Shown here: one piece after another, positions 8,722-19,766 of the stretch
Numbering within the stretch: the first letter of the stretch is position 1
How the letters are laid out: every line of letters starts with the position of its first letter
NCBI GenBank assembly: GCA_002415345.1
Contig: DHXV01000001.1
Coordinates: 248,907 to 312,906 of the forward strand
Source of the DNA: Patescibacteria group bacterium UBA5147
Lineage (GTDB): Bacteria > Patescibacteriota > Saccharimonadia > UBA4664
Reading direction: 5' to 3'
DNA: 64,000 nt
The notes under the pieces: model-generated
What the model was told of the DNA's origin: nothing
Database searches by the model: none
What the model saw: only the letters and a program-made list of their open reading frames with translations
Made by a program: the position numbers and the translations under genes

Positions 8722-9831
8722 TTATTCCCAGCGGAAGACACGGAAGGCCAGGACGTAGATGACTATGATCCACGCCCCAATCAGACCAAGCTGTGGTCCC
8801 AACTCCAGCAGGGATTTGTTTTCTGTCGCGATCATGCGCAAGCCGTCGATGACCGGGCTCAACGGAATGAAGGCCGAAGCATTCTGCAACCATCCCGGCA
8901 TCAAGTACCGTGGGAAAAATACCCCGGAGAGGAACATCATGGGAAACGACACCAAGTTGCCAAGGGGTGCCGACTGTTTCTCATCGTTGGCCCAGCCGCC
9001 CACGGCCATGCCGAACCCAAAGACCATGATGGCCGACAGGAGGGCAAAGATGGTGAATTCAAAGATATTGCCCCGCATATGGAAATGGAAAAAGCTGATG
9101 GCGACTACGAACTGAACGCCGATCGATACCACTCCGGCCGCCAGGGCCGATATCATATAGGCGATCACGAACTGCAGCGGACGCAGCGGAGTCGTACGAA
9201 AGCGACGGAGGGCGCCGGTTTTCTTGAGGGCGGGCAGCGTGTTGATCGGCCCAAAGATACCTAGACCAAGCAGAGAGAACCCCAACAGGCCGGTAAAAGC
9301 GTAATCAAACGCGCTCAACCCCGATTGGGCAGTCGACTTAGAGACGACCCCCAGCGGCGGCGTAATTCCCGTAACCTTGGCGTTAATGCCGGTAAAGATG
9401 CCGTCTAAAATTGACGCCACCGCCTGGCCGGCCTGGGCACCGCTCTGGTCGTAGAGGACCTGGGCCTGTCCGCCCGGGAAATGCTGCGCGTTTGCTTCGC
9501 CGAATCCCGATGGCAGCACGATGATGCTGACGATTTCGCTGCGTCCCAGTTTGGTCTTGGCCTCGTCGAGCGTCCCGACGTCCTTAACCTTGAGAATGGC
9601 GCTGTTGTGGAGGGAGCCGTCAAACTGCTTGGAAAAGGTTGTTCGGGCCTGGTCAATGACCGCGACGTTAAATGACCCGCCATTTGATTTACCAAAGATC
9701 CCGCCAAAAATAAACAGCAAAATCAGCGGGAATAAGACGCTGAAAAACAACGCTGTTTTCGAACGAAAATAGCGCTTGGTGAACAGGACCGACAAGTGCC
9801 AAGTGGTAAACAGATATCGCTTGATGGTCAT
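8722..9831 (-). CDS. ABC-2 type transporter permease
   Basis: 369 aa. N-terminal TM helix, large extracytoplasmic loop, then a C-terminal 5-TM bundle typical of ABC-2 exporters. 4-nt overlap with the upstream ATPase gene. Confidence 0.7.
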   Translation of the reverse strand: MTIKRYLFTTWHLSVLFTKRYFRSKTALFFSVLFPLILLFIFGGIFGKSNGGSFNVAVIDQARTTFSKQFDGSLHNSAILKVKDVGTLDEAKTKLGRSEIVSIIVLPSGFGEANAQHFPGGQAQVLYDQSGAQAGQAVASILDGIFTGINAKVTGITPPLGVVSKSTAQSGLSAFDYAFTGLLGFSLLGLGIFGPINTLPALKKTGALRRFRTTPLRPLQFVIAYMISALAAGVVSIGVQFVVAISFFHFHMRGNIFEFTIFALLSAIMVFGFGMAVGGWANDEKQSAPLGNLVSFPMMFLSGVFFPRYLMPGWLQNASAFIPLSPVIDGLRMIATENKSLLELGPQLGLIGAWIIVIYVLAFRVFRWE

Positions 9832-10589
9832 TCTCGCAGGTCCTTGCCGGTTAAGTCGATAAACACGTCTTCCAGCGTGGCGGCCTGGACATCAACGTGA
9901 GGTTTAAAGCCGCGCTCCAGCAGATCCTTGATAAGTTTCTTTGGGGCATCCAGAGCAATAATCTTGCCGTCGTCCATGATGGCCACGCGGTCACAGAGCA
10001 CCTGGGCCTCTTCCATGTAATGAGTGGTGAGAATGACGGTCACGCCCTCGTCGCGGATCGACCGGACCAGCCCCCACAGGTTGCGGCGGGCCTGCGGATC
10101 AAGGCCGGTAGTCGGCTCGTCTAAAAACAGTACCTTGGGCCGGTGAACCAAGGCCACGGCAATACTGAAACGTTGCCGTTGCCCTCCTGAGAGCTGCTCC
10201 GGATAGGCTTTGGCCTTGGACTCCAGCCCCACTTTGCCGAGCAAGCCCATTACGTCGGCCTTGCCGCCATACATGGCGGCAAACGCGACGATCAGTTCGC
10301 CGAGGCGTACCTCATCCAAAAAAGCCGAGCTCTGCGGCTGGACGCCAATGATTTCTTTGACGCGCTCCACGTTCGAGGCCACGTCAATGCCGTCGATTGC
10401 AACCGAGCCTCCGGTGATATCCCGCAGCCCCTCCATCATCTCCAGAGTCGTGGTTTTCCCCGCGCCATTGGGACCCAGGATACCGAAGACTTCACCGAGT
10501 TTGACGTCGAAGGATATACCCTTGACGGCTTTGATTTCGCCGTAGGTTTTCCTGAGCTCCTGAACTGAAATAAAAGCGTTTTCTGGCAT
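9828..10589 (-). CDS. ABC transporter ATP-binding protein
   Basis: Walker A GPNGAGKTT, ABC signature LSGGQRQR, Walker B VLFLDEPTTGLD. Confidence 0.9.
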   Translation of the reverse strand: MPENAFISVQELRKTYGEIKAVKGISFDVKLGEVFGILGPNGAGKTTTLEMMEGLRDITGGSVAIDGIDVASNVERVKEIIGVQPQSSAFLDEVRLGELIVAFAAMYGGKADVMGLLGKVGLESKAKAYPEQLSGGQRQRFSIAVALVHRPKVLFLDEPTTGLDPQARRNLWGLVRSIRDEGVTVILTTHYMEEAQVLCDRVAIMDDGKIIALDAPKKLIKDLLERGFKPHVDVQAATLEDVFIDLTGKDLRE

Positions 10590-10675
10590 ATACTATGCCA
10601 GCTTAACACCAACGAATTGGCACGGCAAACGTGTTCGGCACTGCAATTATCGGATGCAGCGAAAGGCTGCGGTAC

Positions 10676-10882
10676 TTATGCCAGTTTCTTAAGAACGAGC
10701 AAGCCGGTCTTGGCGTTTTCGGTCACGCAACGACCAGAGGGAATCGCGTCAATCGGACGGCCTTTGGGATTGATTGCCTTGCCGAAGAAATAATTTACAT
10801 AAATCCGGCCGCCCTTGAGCGATGAATCAAACTCATGAAGATAGTACGTTACGCCCTTTGAATTGACCTGCGAATATGACAT
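10676..10882 (-). CDS. Small hypothetical protein (68 aa)
   Basis: ORF with an upstream RBS-like sequence. No known motif. Confidence 0.3.
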   Translation of the reverse strand: MSYSQVNSKGVTYYLHEFDSSLKGGRIYVNYFFGKAINPKGRPIDAIPSGRCVTENAKTGLLVLKKLA

Positions 10883-11016
10883 AAAGGTTCCTGCTCACTT
10901 ATTAATCTTTAGTTAATAATATGCTTACGCTTATTTTAATGTCAACAGATAACCATTTACTGATTTCAGCTCGTTCGGCTAAGCCGACTAACTCAAACAT
11001 CCAAGACTGCGAGCAT

Positions 11017-11324
11017 CTAGACGTCAGCGAACAGCGTTACCTCATTGACGTTAACCCGGAGGATCCCCCGAGCGATGTTGAACTCCAATCTCTGATAGCC
11101 GGTATTAACCACGACGGTTCCTCCAGAAAGCAACGAGAAGAAGTTGATATGTCCGGGCAGCACGTCAAAGGGACCGGTCCGGTTGGCGGCGGTGAGGCTG
11201 GTCGCCTCCCCTTGGTAGTACGTTTGGTAAGGCGAAAAAATCTTCACCTGGAATCGCTGCTCGGCCTTGCTGTCTTTGGCCGCGACTTGCGCCGCCTGGT
11301 AGGTGCCACCGCTCGAGAGCGCCA

Positions 11325-11325
<1 letters not shown>
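11017..11325 (-). CDS. atpC: F1Fo ATP synthase epsilon subunit
   Basis: 102 aa. Motif FDVLPGH (compare G-x-LPGH of epsilon). Start overlaps the atpD stop. Confidence 0.7.
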
Positions 11326-12653
<1,328 letters not shown>

Positions 12654-12668
12654 TTAAACTGCACTTGC

Positions 12669-13526
12669 TTATCCATTCAACACGTTCATGGCGTTGACGA
12701 TTTCCTTGATCCGGTTGTCCGCCTCTCCGCGTTTGGCCCGGTTATAGTCCATGACCATGGCCATCTGGAGCTCCTTGGCCCGGGTCTTGGCGGCCGACAT
12801 GGCCGTGAACCGGGAGGCGTACTGAGCCAAACGACTTTCCAGGATGACCTGGCTGAGGGCGATTTCCATCATGACGCTCTCCAGATAGCGAACGACTTCC
12901 TCAACGTTGGGTTCGAACAGGTACTCATGCGGGCTGATGATTTCGTCTTTTTTGTCTGCCTCGGCGTCGGAGCCCAAAGCCCGCACCCGGCCCAGCAGGT
13001 CGATGCGGCCCGGCTCCTGCTCGCCCAGGTTGATATAGCGTTGGAAGTAGACGGTAGACACCTTGTACCCCACCAACTGGTCGATAATCGGCGAAACGTC
13101 GATGGCCTGGTCGACGTCCGGCAGGCGGAAATACCGCTTTATCTTGATTTTGTTCTGCACGAACTGCGTGGCGCCATGGGCACCGATTACGATGAGGTCG
13201 GTGGTAGCGGGGTCAAAATTCTCAATGACCTTATGCACGATTCGGGCGTCAATGTCACCGGACAGGCCGCCCTCGCTCGTCAAAGCCAGACAAACATTGG
13301 GCTTGTCCCGCTTGACGTGGCTGGCGCCGGTCAGCCGGGTTTTAGGGTCAACCCGCAATTGGCTGTAAATGTGCCACAGCTCGTCAAAGAAGGTCTGGGA
13401 ACGAGTCACCTTGTCTTTAATCTTGGCGATGCGAATGCTGGCTATACTTTCAAAGATACCTGTAAGGTCGGTAATGGTACCGATCTGCCCGGCCTCTTTC
13501 TGAATAGTTGTGGCCAGCCTGGCCAT
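12669..13526 (-). CDS. atpG: F1Fo ATP synthase gamma subunit
   Basis: 285 aa. N-terminus LATTIQKEAGQIGTITDLTGIFESIASIRIAKI and a C-terminal helix typical of gamma. Position between alpha and beta. Confidence 0.9.
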   Translation of the reverse strand: MARLATTIQKEAGQIGTITDLTGIFESIASIRIAKIKDKVTRSQTFFDELWHIYSQLRVDPKTRLTGASHVKRDKPNVCLALTSEGGLSGDIDARIVHKVIENFDPATTDLIVIGAHGATQFVQNKIKIKRYFRLPDVDQAIDVSPIIDQLVGYKVSTVYFQRYINLGEQEPGRIDLLGRVRALGSDAEADKKDEIISPHEYLFEPNVEEVVRYLESVMMEIALSQVILESRLAQYASRFTAMSAAKTRAKELQMAMVMDYNRAKRGEADNRIKEIVNAMNVLNG

Positions 13527-15064
13527 TATTTATTGCCTTCGGCGGCGGCCATCGCTACGGGCGGTGCGATGGGTGCGCCGGGGGCCGGAGGCGGCGTTCC
13601 CGGTGCCATTGGAGCTGGGCCGCCGACGGGTGCCAATGGAGCCGTGGGCGCCTGAACGGTAGTTGCGGCTAGCAGACCGGCAACTGCCCCGTCCCAGTCC
13701 GAATCGGCCGTCATTGTGGGCGCCATCTCCACGGCCTTACGCTTGAGGCTGTCGATATTGATGCTGATTTTGCCTTCGGTCTTCATGACCGTGCCCAAAA
13801 TCAGGTCCTGCTCGTTGGGGGAGTAAATTATGTCCGGCGGCTGTTTGAGCGCCTCATAGATTTTTTTGCCCAGTTCAAGGTCGTATTTGCTCTCCAGGGC
13901 GAGCTCGGAACCGAAGTGGCTGAATTCGGCGGCCTGGCGGTAGGAAGCCAGCTTCTTGAACAAGCTGCCGGTCAGTTTTTTCTGCCGCATGTTTTGCCCG
14001 ATGCCACCGACGCGGGAGACGGACAGGCCCACCGATACGGCGGGGCGGATGCCCGCTCTGAAGGCGTTGGAATCAAAAATTATCTGGCCGTCGGTAATGG
14101 ACATGATCGATGTCGGCAACGGGGCGGTAATGTCGTTATTCGGGGTCAGGATAACCGGAATAGAGGCCAGGGTGGCCCCGTTCTTGACGAGGCGGCCGGC
14201 CCGTTCCAGCAAGCTCGAGTGCGCGTAGAACATATCGCCGGGGAAAGAAGCGCGGCCGGGACTCACCTTGAGCAGCAAAGATAGTTCGCGATAAACTTTG
14301 GCGTGATTGGAGAGGTCGTCGTAAAATATGATGCCGTCTTTACCGCTATGCCAGAAATACTCCGCAATCGTCGCACCGACATAGGGTGCCAGGTAGCTCT
14401 GGGTCAACGAATCGAAGACGGTCGCCACAATGACGATGCAGTAGCTCATTGCACCGGTGGCATTGAGCTTGTTAATGAGATAGTCGACATCGGCCTTACG
14501 TTTGGCAATGAGCACGTGAATGACGACGTGTCCGGTATCTTTTTGGGCGAGGGTCATTTGCATGGTGAAAGCACTCTTACCCGTCTTGTTATCACCAAGT
14601 ACGGCGATACGCTGCCCTTTAACCAGAGGAAAGAGCTGATCGGTTATGGCGACACCTGTCGGGAGCGGGTCGGTTAACGCCTGACGCTCAATGATGCCCG
14701 GTGCCTGCGTAAAGACCGGCCACTGTTCCTTAAACGTGATGGGGCCCTTGCCGTCGAGCGGCTGGCCGGTAACTGATACCACCCGGCCGAGTAAAGCGTC
14801 GCCTACGCCGGTTACCAGCTCATCTGCCTCATTTACGGCCAGCGTCCCGATATCGATACTTTCGGACGACATGTTAAGCACCATGACGGTGTCCTCGTGG
14901 ACCTCGCGGACGAGTCCCTGATGGCCGTTGGCAAAGTAAATCAAAGCGTTGATACCCACTTCGCCCAGCCCACGAACGGTTACCAGGAAGCGGTCAACGC
15001 CGATCACCTCGCCGGTCGCGTGGCCGTCGGATACCAGTTTTGCGAATTTTGGATTATCAAACAT
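13526..15064 (-). CDS. atpA: F1Fo ATP synthase alpha subunit with an unusual ~45-aa Pro/Ala-rich C-terminal extension
   Basis: P-loop GDNKTGKSAF. 512 aa. The C-terminus reads ...DGAVAGLLAATTVQAPTAPLAPVGGPAPMAPGTPPPAPGAPIAPPVAMAAAEGNK. Confidence 0.95.
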   Translation of the reverse strand: MFDNPKFAKLVSDGHATGEVIGVDRFLVTVRGLGEVGINALIYFANGHQGLVREVHEDTVMVLNMSSESIDIGTLAVNEADELVTGVGDALLGRVVSVTGQPLDGKGPITFKEQWPVFTQAPGIIERQALTDPLPTGVAITDQLFPLVKGQRIAVLGDNKTGKSAFTMQMTLAQKDTGHVVIHVLIAKRKADVDYLINKLNATGAMSYCIVIVATVFDSLTQSYLAPYVGATIAEYFWHSGKDGIIFYDDLSNHAKVYRELSLLLKVSPGRASFPGDMFYAHSSLLERAGRLVKNGATLASIPVILTPNNDITAPLPTSIMSITDGQIIFDSNAFRAGIRPAVSVGLSVSRVGGIGQNMRQKKLTGSLFKKLASYRQAAEFSHFGSELALESKYDLELGKKIYEALKQPPDIIYSPNEQDLILGTVMKTEGKISINIDSLKRKAVEMAPTMTADSDWDGAVAGLLAATTVQAPTAPLAPVGGPAPMAPGTPPPAPGAPIAPPVAMAAAEGNK

Positions 15065-15533
15065 TTTTTATGATCCCCGCAAGTTTATCCCGGCCGTCCA
15101 CCAGCTGCTGCCGCCAAGAGTAATCGAGCACATGATTCGGCGTACGCACCATGACCCCGCCGCCCAAATTGCGGTCAGCTACAAAGGCGACTAACATCTC
15201 GGGGTTGATTTGGCTGCGGAACCAGTCCACGAGCGAGGCACGCTGAGTATGGTTGGGCAGGGCCGCCATCGTCACGTGGACCACCGGCAGTTTCAAGCCG
15301 CGCAAATGCGTCAATAACTCCTCGATCCCCCCGACCGTCGGTTTCTTGCCTTCGAACCAGGCTTCAATGGTCTGGACCGTCTCGCCGGTGAAACTAGGTT
15401 CTTCGGCCACTTTGGCACCCACCGTCTTATGGACGTGTGCCTCTCGGTACCAATCCAGGTACTGCCCAGTCTCGTAAACTACGCTCTCGATCAGCGACGG
15501 GCTATACACGCTTTCGGGTAGTTTAAACGCCAC
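15057..15533 (-). CDS. atpH: F1Fo ATP synthase delta (OSCP) subunit
   Basis: C-terminal GGVMVRTPNHVLDYSWRQQL matches the delta-subunit consensus. Operon position between b and alpha. Confidence 0.7.
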   Translation of the reverse strand: MAFKLPESVYSPSLIESVVYETGQYLDWYREAHVHKTVGAKVAEEPSFTGETVQTIEAWFEGKKPTVGGIEELLTHLRGLKLPVVHVTMAALPNHTQRASLVDWFRSQINPEMLVAFVADRNLGGGVMVRTPNHVLDYSWRQQLVDGRDKLAGIIKNV

Positions 15534-16125
15534 TCATCAAATCCTTCTTGAGTTCGTCTTTGTGCGCCTCAAGCGATGCCATAATGAATTGCATCTGGGC
15601 GCCCAGATCGACACCGCCGCCAAGCGATTCGGCAAAGTAGGACGCGACGATGTCGCCCATCTTGGTATCGAATTTGGCGGCCAGTTTGTCATGTTCGACA
15701 GCCAGATCGGCCTCCATGCCCTGGCGCAACTCTACACGCTGCTGTTCCACTGCGGTCCGAATCTTATCCATGGCTTCAACCGCAGTGTGGCGGACTTCTT
15801 CGAGCGTCTTCTGATATGATTCAAGCTCTTCTTCAATGACGCTGGTGGTAAGGCGCGATACCTGCTCGCTGAGACGCGTGGAGGTGCCCTTGAGGTCTTC
15901 GCCGAAGGTAGCGGTAGCCTCCACGATCTTGGCGTCATAGGCCGCCTTAAGCCGGGCCTCCAGCTCGGCCGCCGTCGGTTCGCTTACCGTAATCGGTTTG
16001 GGCTGAAGACTTAATTTTGCCAGCTTCCCTTTTAGCCCGCTCAGCTGCAGGGACTGGATTAATGTAAGCACGGCCAGAATACCGATTACACCCGCCAATA
16101 TATAAATTACTAAATTCATACTCAC
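15523..16125 (-). CDS. atpF: F1Fo ATP synthase subunit b
   Basis: Single N-terminal TM helix followed by a long charged coiled coil. 200 aa. Position upstream of atpH. Confidence 0.75.
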   Translation of the reverse strand: MSMNLVIYILAGVIGILAVLTLIQSLQLSGLKGKLAKLSLQPKPITVSEPTAAELEARLKAAYDAKIVEATATFGEDLKGTSTRLSEQVSRLTTSVIEEELESYQKTLEEVRHTAVEAMDKIRTAVEQQRVELRQGMEADLAVEHDKLAAKFDTKMGDIVASYFAESLGGGVDLGAQMQFIMASLEAHKDELKKDLMSGV

Positions 16126-16952
16126 CTCGTTATCACCAGATACATCGCGCCGATTCCTACGCCCAGGACCGCTGCGGCAATCAGGAGAACCTGAAGCATG
16201 CCTTTGTAAACCGCGCTGCGCGATAGCGGGTTACGCCCTATAGATATAATGCTATTGCGTACGGCAGCATAGAGCAAGACGGTAACGCTTATCATCGAGA
16301 CTATCAGGATAATCCCGGCAATGATTATCCGAACTGGGGTGACTGGTTTCCCGGCCAGGACGTTGGAAAAATTCTGTAGCCATAGCGGCACGCTATAATT
16401 CTGACCATCACTGGTCGTATAGTTGGTTACACTGATGACAACCGGAATCTGCCCGATAGCTACTTCTTTCTTACCGCTTCCCGTATCAATGGTCCGGCGG
16501 GTAACATTGACGCCTGAACCGTCAAAATCGACTTGCGCCGTACCTATGACCCGGGTCTTGCCGAGCGCCTTCTGCCCCACGCCGGCGATCGGGGAAACAG
16601 CAATGTAATCGCCCACATGGATGGCGCCGTTGGTGTTGGTGACAAAGACGGTGGCGCTGCCCGTTGTAGCTACCTGCACCTGACCGGCATTGCCTGAGCC
16701 AAGCGAAATATCAGCTGACGACGGCGAAACCGCTACTCCGAACAGCCGCTCACTGTTATTGATGTCGGCAACCACTACATTGCCCGTGGTTTTGGCATCC
16801 AGAGCGACTAGACTGCCGACGGCGACCGGGGTGGTGGTGGCAAAGCCCTGCGACAAACTGGCCACGGCGACCGGCGCGACAAACAGCACCGCGATCAAAG
16901 CCGCCGTACCCCTACCAATGCTGCGCGTCACCCAGGCGCGGCGTGCCGTCAT
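16122..16952 (-). CDS. Membrane-anchored hypothetical protein, first gene of the ATP synthase operon (N-terminal TM, Thr/Gly/Val-rich beta-type ectodomain, C-terminal TM hairpin)
   Basis: 276 aa. Its stop overlaps the atpF start (ATGA). It occupies the position where atpB/atpE are normally found. The C-terminal hairpin is Gly-rich but lacks the conserved carboxylate of c subunits. Confidence 0.5.
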   Translation of the reverse strand: MTARRAWVTRSIGRGTAALIAVLFVAPVAVASLSQGFATTTPVAVGSLVALDAKTTGNVVVADINNSERLFGVAVSPSSADISLGSGNAGQVQVATTGSATVFVTNTNGAIHVGDYIAVSPIAGVGQKALGKTRVIGTAQVDFDGSGVNVTRRTIDTGSGKKEVAIGQIPVVISVTNYTTSDGQNYSVPLWLQNFSNVLAGKPVTPVRIIIAGIILIVSMISVTVLLYAAVRNSIISIGRNPLSRSAVYKGMLQVLLIAAAVLGVGIGAMYLVITR

Positions 16953-17072
16953 GTATCACCTCTATAATTGTTATGATTATATCAGTACGGAGGCCAATAC
17001 CGCAAAGATTACTGGACTAACTATTCTGATGTTGGTACCATAAGCCTAATGAAAGTTTAGGAGTTTTTTAGA

Positions 17073-17597
17073 ATGGAGTTTCGTCAACAACCACAAAGCC
17101 AGCGCCCGGTAGGTTCTCCTATCGCCTCGCCTGTCGCCGCAGTCACCGCAGATGGTGGCGGTAGTTTTCTTGCCAAATTATTGACCGTGTTCCTGATTCT
17201 GGCTGCCGTAACCTTTATCGGCGTATACTTGTCCCGCGCCGTCGGAAGCCTGACGTCCAATTCCGCCGTCAATGGCAAGGAGTTCCAAGCCGTCTTCCTG
17301 ACCAACGGCCAGGTTTACTTCGGCAAAGTATCAAAAGTAGATTCAAGCTATGTCAAACTGACCAACATCTACTACCTGCAGGTAACCGCAGCTGCCAACG
17401 GTTCTCAGACCGTCCAGCCCAAGGCCAGCGATACCGCCAACCAGCAAGTTTCCTTGGCGAAGCTCGGAGGTGAGCTCCACGGACCCGAGGACACCATGTT
17501 CATCTCTCGCCAGCAGGTTCTCTTCTGGGAAAACCTCAAGAGCGACGGTAAAGTTGCCAAGGCAATTGCCGACTACGTGGCCCAGGGAAAGAAATAA
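17073..17597 (+). CDS. Signal-anchored hypothetical protein
   Basis: 174 aa. TM segment LLTVFLILAAVTFIGVYL. Followed by an intrinsic terminator. Confidence 0.45.
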   Translation: MEFRQQPQSQRPVGSPIASPVAAVTADGGGSFLAKLLTVFLILAAVTFIGVYLSRAVGSLTSNSAVNGKEFQAVFLTNGQVYFGKVSKVDSSYVKLTNIYYLQVTAAANGSQTVQPKASDTANQQVSLAKLGGELHGPEDTMFISRQQVLFWENLKSDGKVAKAIADYVAQGKK

Positions 17598-17610
17598 TCC
17601 CTCAAACCTA

Positions 17611-17640
17611 AAAAGAGCCCTACGGGGCTCTTTTTTTGTG
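17611..17640 (+). terminator. Intrinsic terminator (AAAAGAGCCC-TAC-GGGGCTCTTTTTTTG)
   Basis: Perfect stem plus a T7 run immediately after the 17597 stop. Confidence 0.7.
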
Positions 17641-17809
17641 TTAGTTAGGGGTTTGGATTGTTCTTGCGCAGCTCCGTCGGGTAGTGGATAAGAACTGCCC
17701 AAATCGATCAAGAACTCGCACCACCACAAAAAACCCACGTCACCTTAGAAGAAATATCCGAATCTCACAGACTCAGCAGCATGATACTTCTACGACCAAA
17801 GCCAAACTA

Positions 17810-17837
17810 AAAAAGAGCCCGAAGGCTCCTTTTTAAT
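17810..17837 (-). terminator. Intrinsic terminator for the RRM-protein gene (reads GGAGCCTTCGGGCTCTTTTTT on the minus strand)
   Basis: Stem-loop plus a U-run downstream of 17851 on the minus strand. Confidence 0.65.
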
Positions 17838-17850
17838 ACGAACTGATCGA

Positions 17851-18120
17851 CTATGCGCGAGGCGCGAAGTCAGCCTTAGGACGAGCTTCGCTGACGGTCA
17901 AGCGGCGGCCGTCCATCTCGGCGCCGTCAGCCTTGGCAATGGCTGCATCGGCTTCTGCGTCGTTAGTCATCTCAACAAAGCCGAAGCCCTTTGAGCGACC
18001 GGTTGCGCGGTCCATGATGACGGCGGAGCTCATGACTTCACCGAACTGAGCGAAAAATTCACCCATAGATTCATTAGTAGTTGTATAAGGCAGGTTGCCT
18101 ACGAACAGTTTCTTGGCCAC
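17851..18120 (-). CDS. RNA-binding protein with a single RRM domain
   Basis: RNP2 LFVGNL and RNP1 KGFGFVEM. 89 aa. Confidence 0.8.
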   Translation of the reverse strand: MAKKLFVGNLPYTTTNESMGEFFAQFGEVMSSAVIMDRATGRSKGFGFVEMTNDAEADAAIAKADGAEMDGRRLTVSEARPKADFAPRA

Positions 18121-18223
18121 GTTTGGTTGGCTCCATATATTACATCGTTTTGGGCCTGTGGCCGGGACGACAGTTCCGCTGGTGCGGGTTTTAATCTAAC
18201 GCACGTATTATAGCTTAAATAAG

Positions 18224-18829
18224 CTAGTCTGTAAATGCCTTTTCATTAAACCAGGGGGTAAATGTCAGCTGAGCACCAACCAATATCAGATATAGTTGCG
18301 ACGAAAGTCCGATTATCGCTCCCGCTAAAGCGACTGTATTACCCAGGCTAGGGCCATCAAAAAACGGTACCGCCATCAACTGCCACAAAGCGTTACCGGG
18401 AACGAGGAGCATTAATAGGAGGATCAACCCAAGCGCACAAAGTACTTTTATCCCCAATGTCGCCCATGGCCCCTGCCATTTTCCCGAGTTCATGTAGCTG
18501 ACTTTGATTGCGACTTCGTTCCGTGCCTGGATATAGACTCCGTAAAGCGACCAGCAGACCAAATATACGATCATCCCGACCGCGGCCCAGAACATAATTA
18601 GGACGATACTTCCCACAATCGGCGAGTTAAGAACAAAATGAAACTTTTCCTGAAATGTTGCGCCGGCTGCATTCACCCCGTCGGTCGTGATGCCGAAAAC
18701 CCGCAAAATGACCGCGCTGCGACCCGCCACAATAAGGGCAGCCGAGGCTGCCACGACGAGCAGTACCTGCCCCATTGTCGGCACGAGTTCCCGGCCGAAA
18801 CGGTTAAACAGTGGAATTTTAGCGCTCAC
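18224..18829 (-). CDS. Integral membrane protein, hypothetical
   Basis: 201 aa with 5 predicted TM helices. Confidence 0.45.
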   Translation of the reverse strand: MSAKIPLFNRFGRELVPTMGQVLLVVAASAALIVAGRSAVILRVFGITTDGVNAAGATFQEKFHFVLNSPIVGSIVLIMFWAAVGMIVYLVCWSLYGVYIQARNEVAIKVSYMNSGKWQGPWATLGIKVLCALGLILLLMLLVPGNALWQLMAVPFFDGPSLGNTVALAGAIIGLSSQLYLILVGAQLTFTPWFNEKAFTD

Positions 18830-19361
18830 GCTTGTTTCTCCTGATTGTCATAAACCCAGCCATGATGAGGGTGGCCACCCCGCCCAGCAGTAAGGATCCG
18901 GCAGCATCGGGAGTCCATATAGGTGACCCATAGGCAAAAACGAAATCACTGGCCTTAGGTGCCGCCACCTGGGAAGGTGCAGGGGCCGCTACTAGCCGCT
19001 TGGAAACGTAATCCTGGACGCAACGCGCTTGCGTTATCGAGTCGGTGTGGCCTGAGCAGGCTTGCTGGGCCGCACTATAGAGCTGGGAGCTGGATGCGGA
19101 GGAGTCCGACTGGGCTCGAGCCTGAGCCTGCGCGCGCTGGAGAGCGGCGGTCAAGGTAACCGAGGAACTACCATTGGTATGGGTGGCGGCATAGCTTTTG
19201 AGCGCGCTCAGCTCGGCTTCAACCCCTTGACCGCTGTTATCTTTAGCAATTATCGCAGCAACTTGAGTCTGTGCTTCATTGTGGTTCAAAATGGCCAGCC
19301 AACCGCCTGCTCCCAATAGCAAGAGACCGACTATCACCAGGATTCGTTTTGTCATAGCCAA
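18819..19361 (-). CDS. Signal-anchored hypothetical protein
   Basis: 180 aa. N-terminal TM, Ala/Gln/Ser-rich ectodomain, second TM near the C-terminus. Confidence 0.4.
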   Translation of the reverse strand: MAMTKRILVIVGLLLLGAGGWLAILNHNEAQTQVAAIIAKDNSGQGVEAELSALKSYAATHTNGSSSVTLTAALQRAQAQARAQSDSSASSSQLYSAAQQACSGHTDSITQARCVQDYVSKRLVAAPAPSQVAAPKASDFVFAYGSPIWTPDAAGSLLLGGVATLIMAGFMTIRRNKRER

Positions 19362-19446
19362 AGCGTACTATTTTCCCTGCCCCCAGGCAAGCACCCTTGA
19401 TACTTGCAAATTGCGTGATAGGGTTAAATCATCACTTAGAGGCGTC

Positions 19447-19689
19447 ATGGCTCACCCTATCGTCCGCAAAACTTGGGTTACCTTTGCCGGAATAGCCGTA
19501 ATACTGGTTGGAATCGCACTCCTGGTACTGCCCGGACCGGGCCTGGTAACCATTGCCGCCGGTCTTGCCATATTGGCTTCTGAATTCGTCTGGGCACAAA
19601 AGCTCATGGAGCCGGTCAAACGGCGTCTCGAGCAGGCCAAAACCAAGCTCAGCGATACCAAAAACACCAGCCGACGATCCAAAGACTAA
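19447..19689 (+). CDS. Small PGPGW-motif membrane protein
   Basis: MAHPIVRKTWVTFAGIAVILVGIALLVLPGPGLVTIAAGLAILASEF contains the PGPGW-family signature. The track ORF 19279..19689 has its first in-frame ATG at 19447. Confidence 0.5.
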   Translation: MAHPIVRKTWVTFAGIAVILVGIALLVLPGPGLVTIAAGLAILASEFVWAQKLMEPVKRRLEQAKTKLSDTKNTSRRSKD

Positions 19690-19728
19690 CCACACTAGTG
19701 GCAGCAAACCCTTGCATGATCTCGTGAC

Positions 19729-19751
19729 TTAGTGTATGTTTAACACTATAA
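19729..19751. promoter_or_regulatory. Palindromic operator TTAGTGTATGTTTAACACTATAA overlapping the nadE -10 region (candidate NrtR site)
   Basis: Inverted repeat TAGTGT-N7-ACACTA 16 nt upstream of the nadE GTG start. The same motif occurs at 30922-30945 and 22461-22481. Confidence 0.5.
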
Positions 19752-19766
19752 ATGAGGTCTTAACTC

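Noticed and set aside
16122-16320. C-terminal TM hairpin of ORF276 as a fused ATP synthase c subunit
   Set aside because: Helix order is reversed: the Gly-rich motif is in the second helix. There is no conserved Asp/Glu in the presumptive proton-binding helix. The similarity is superficial.
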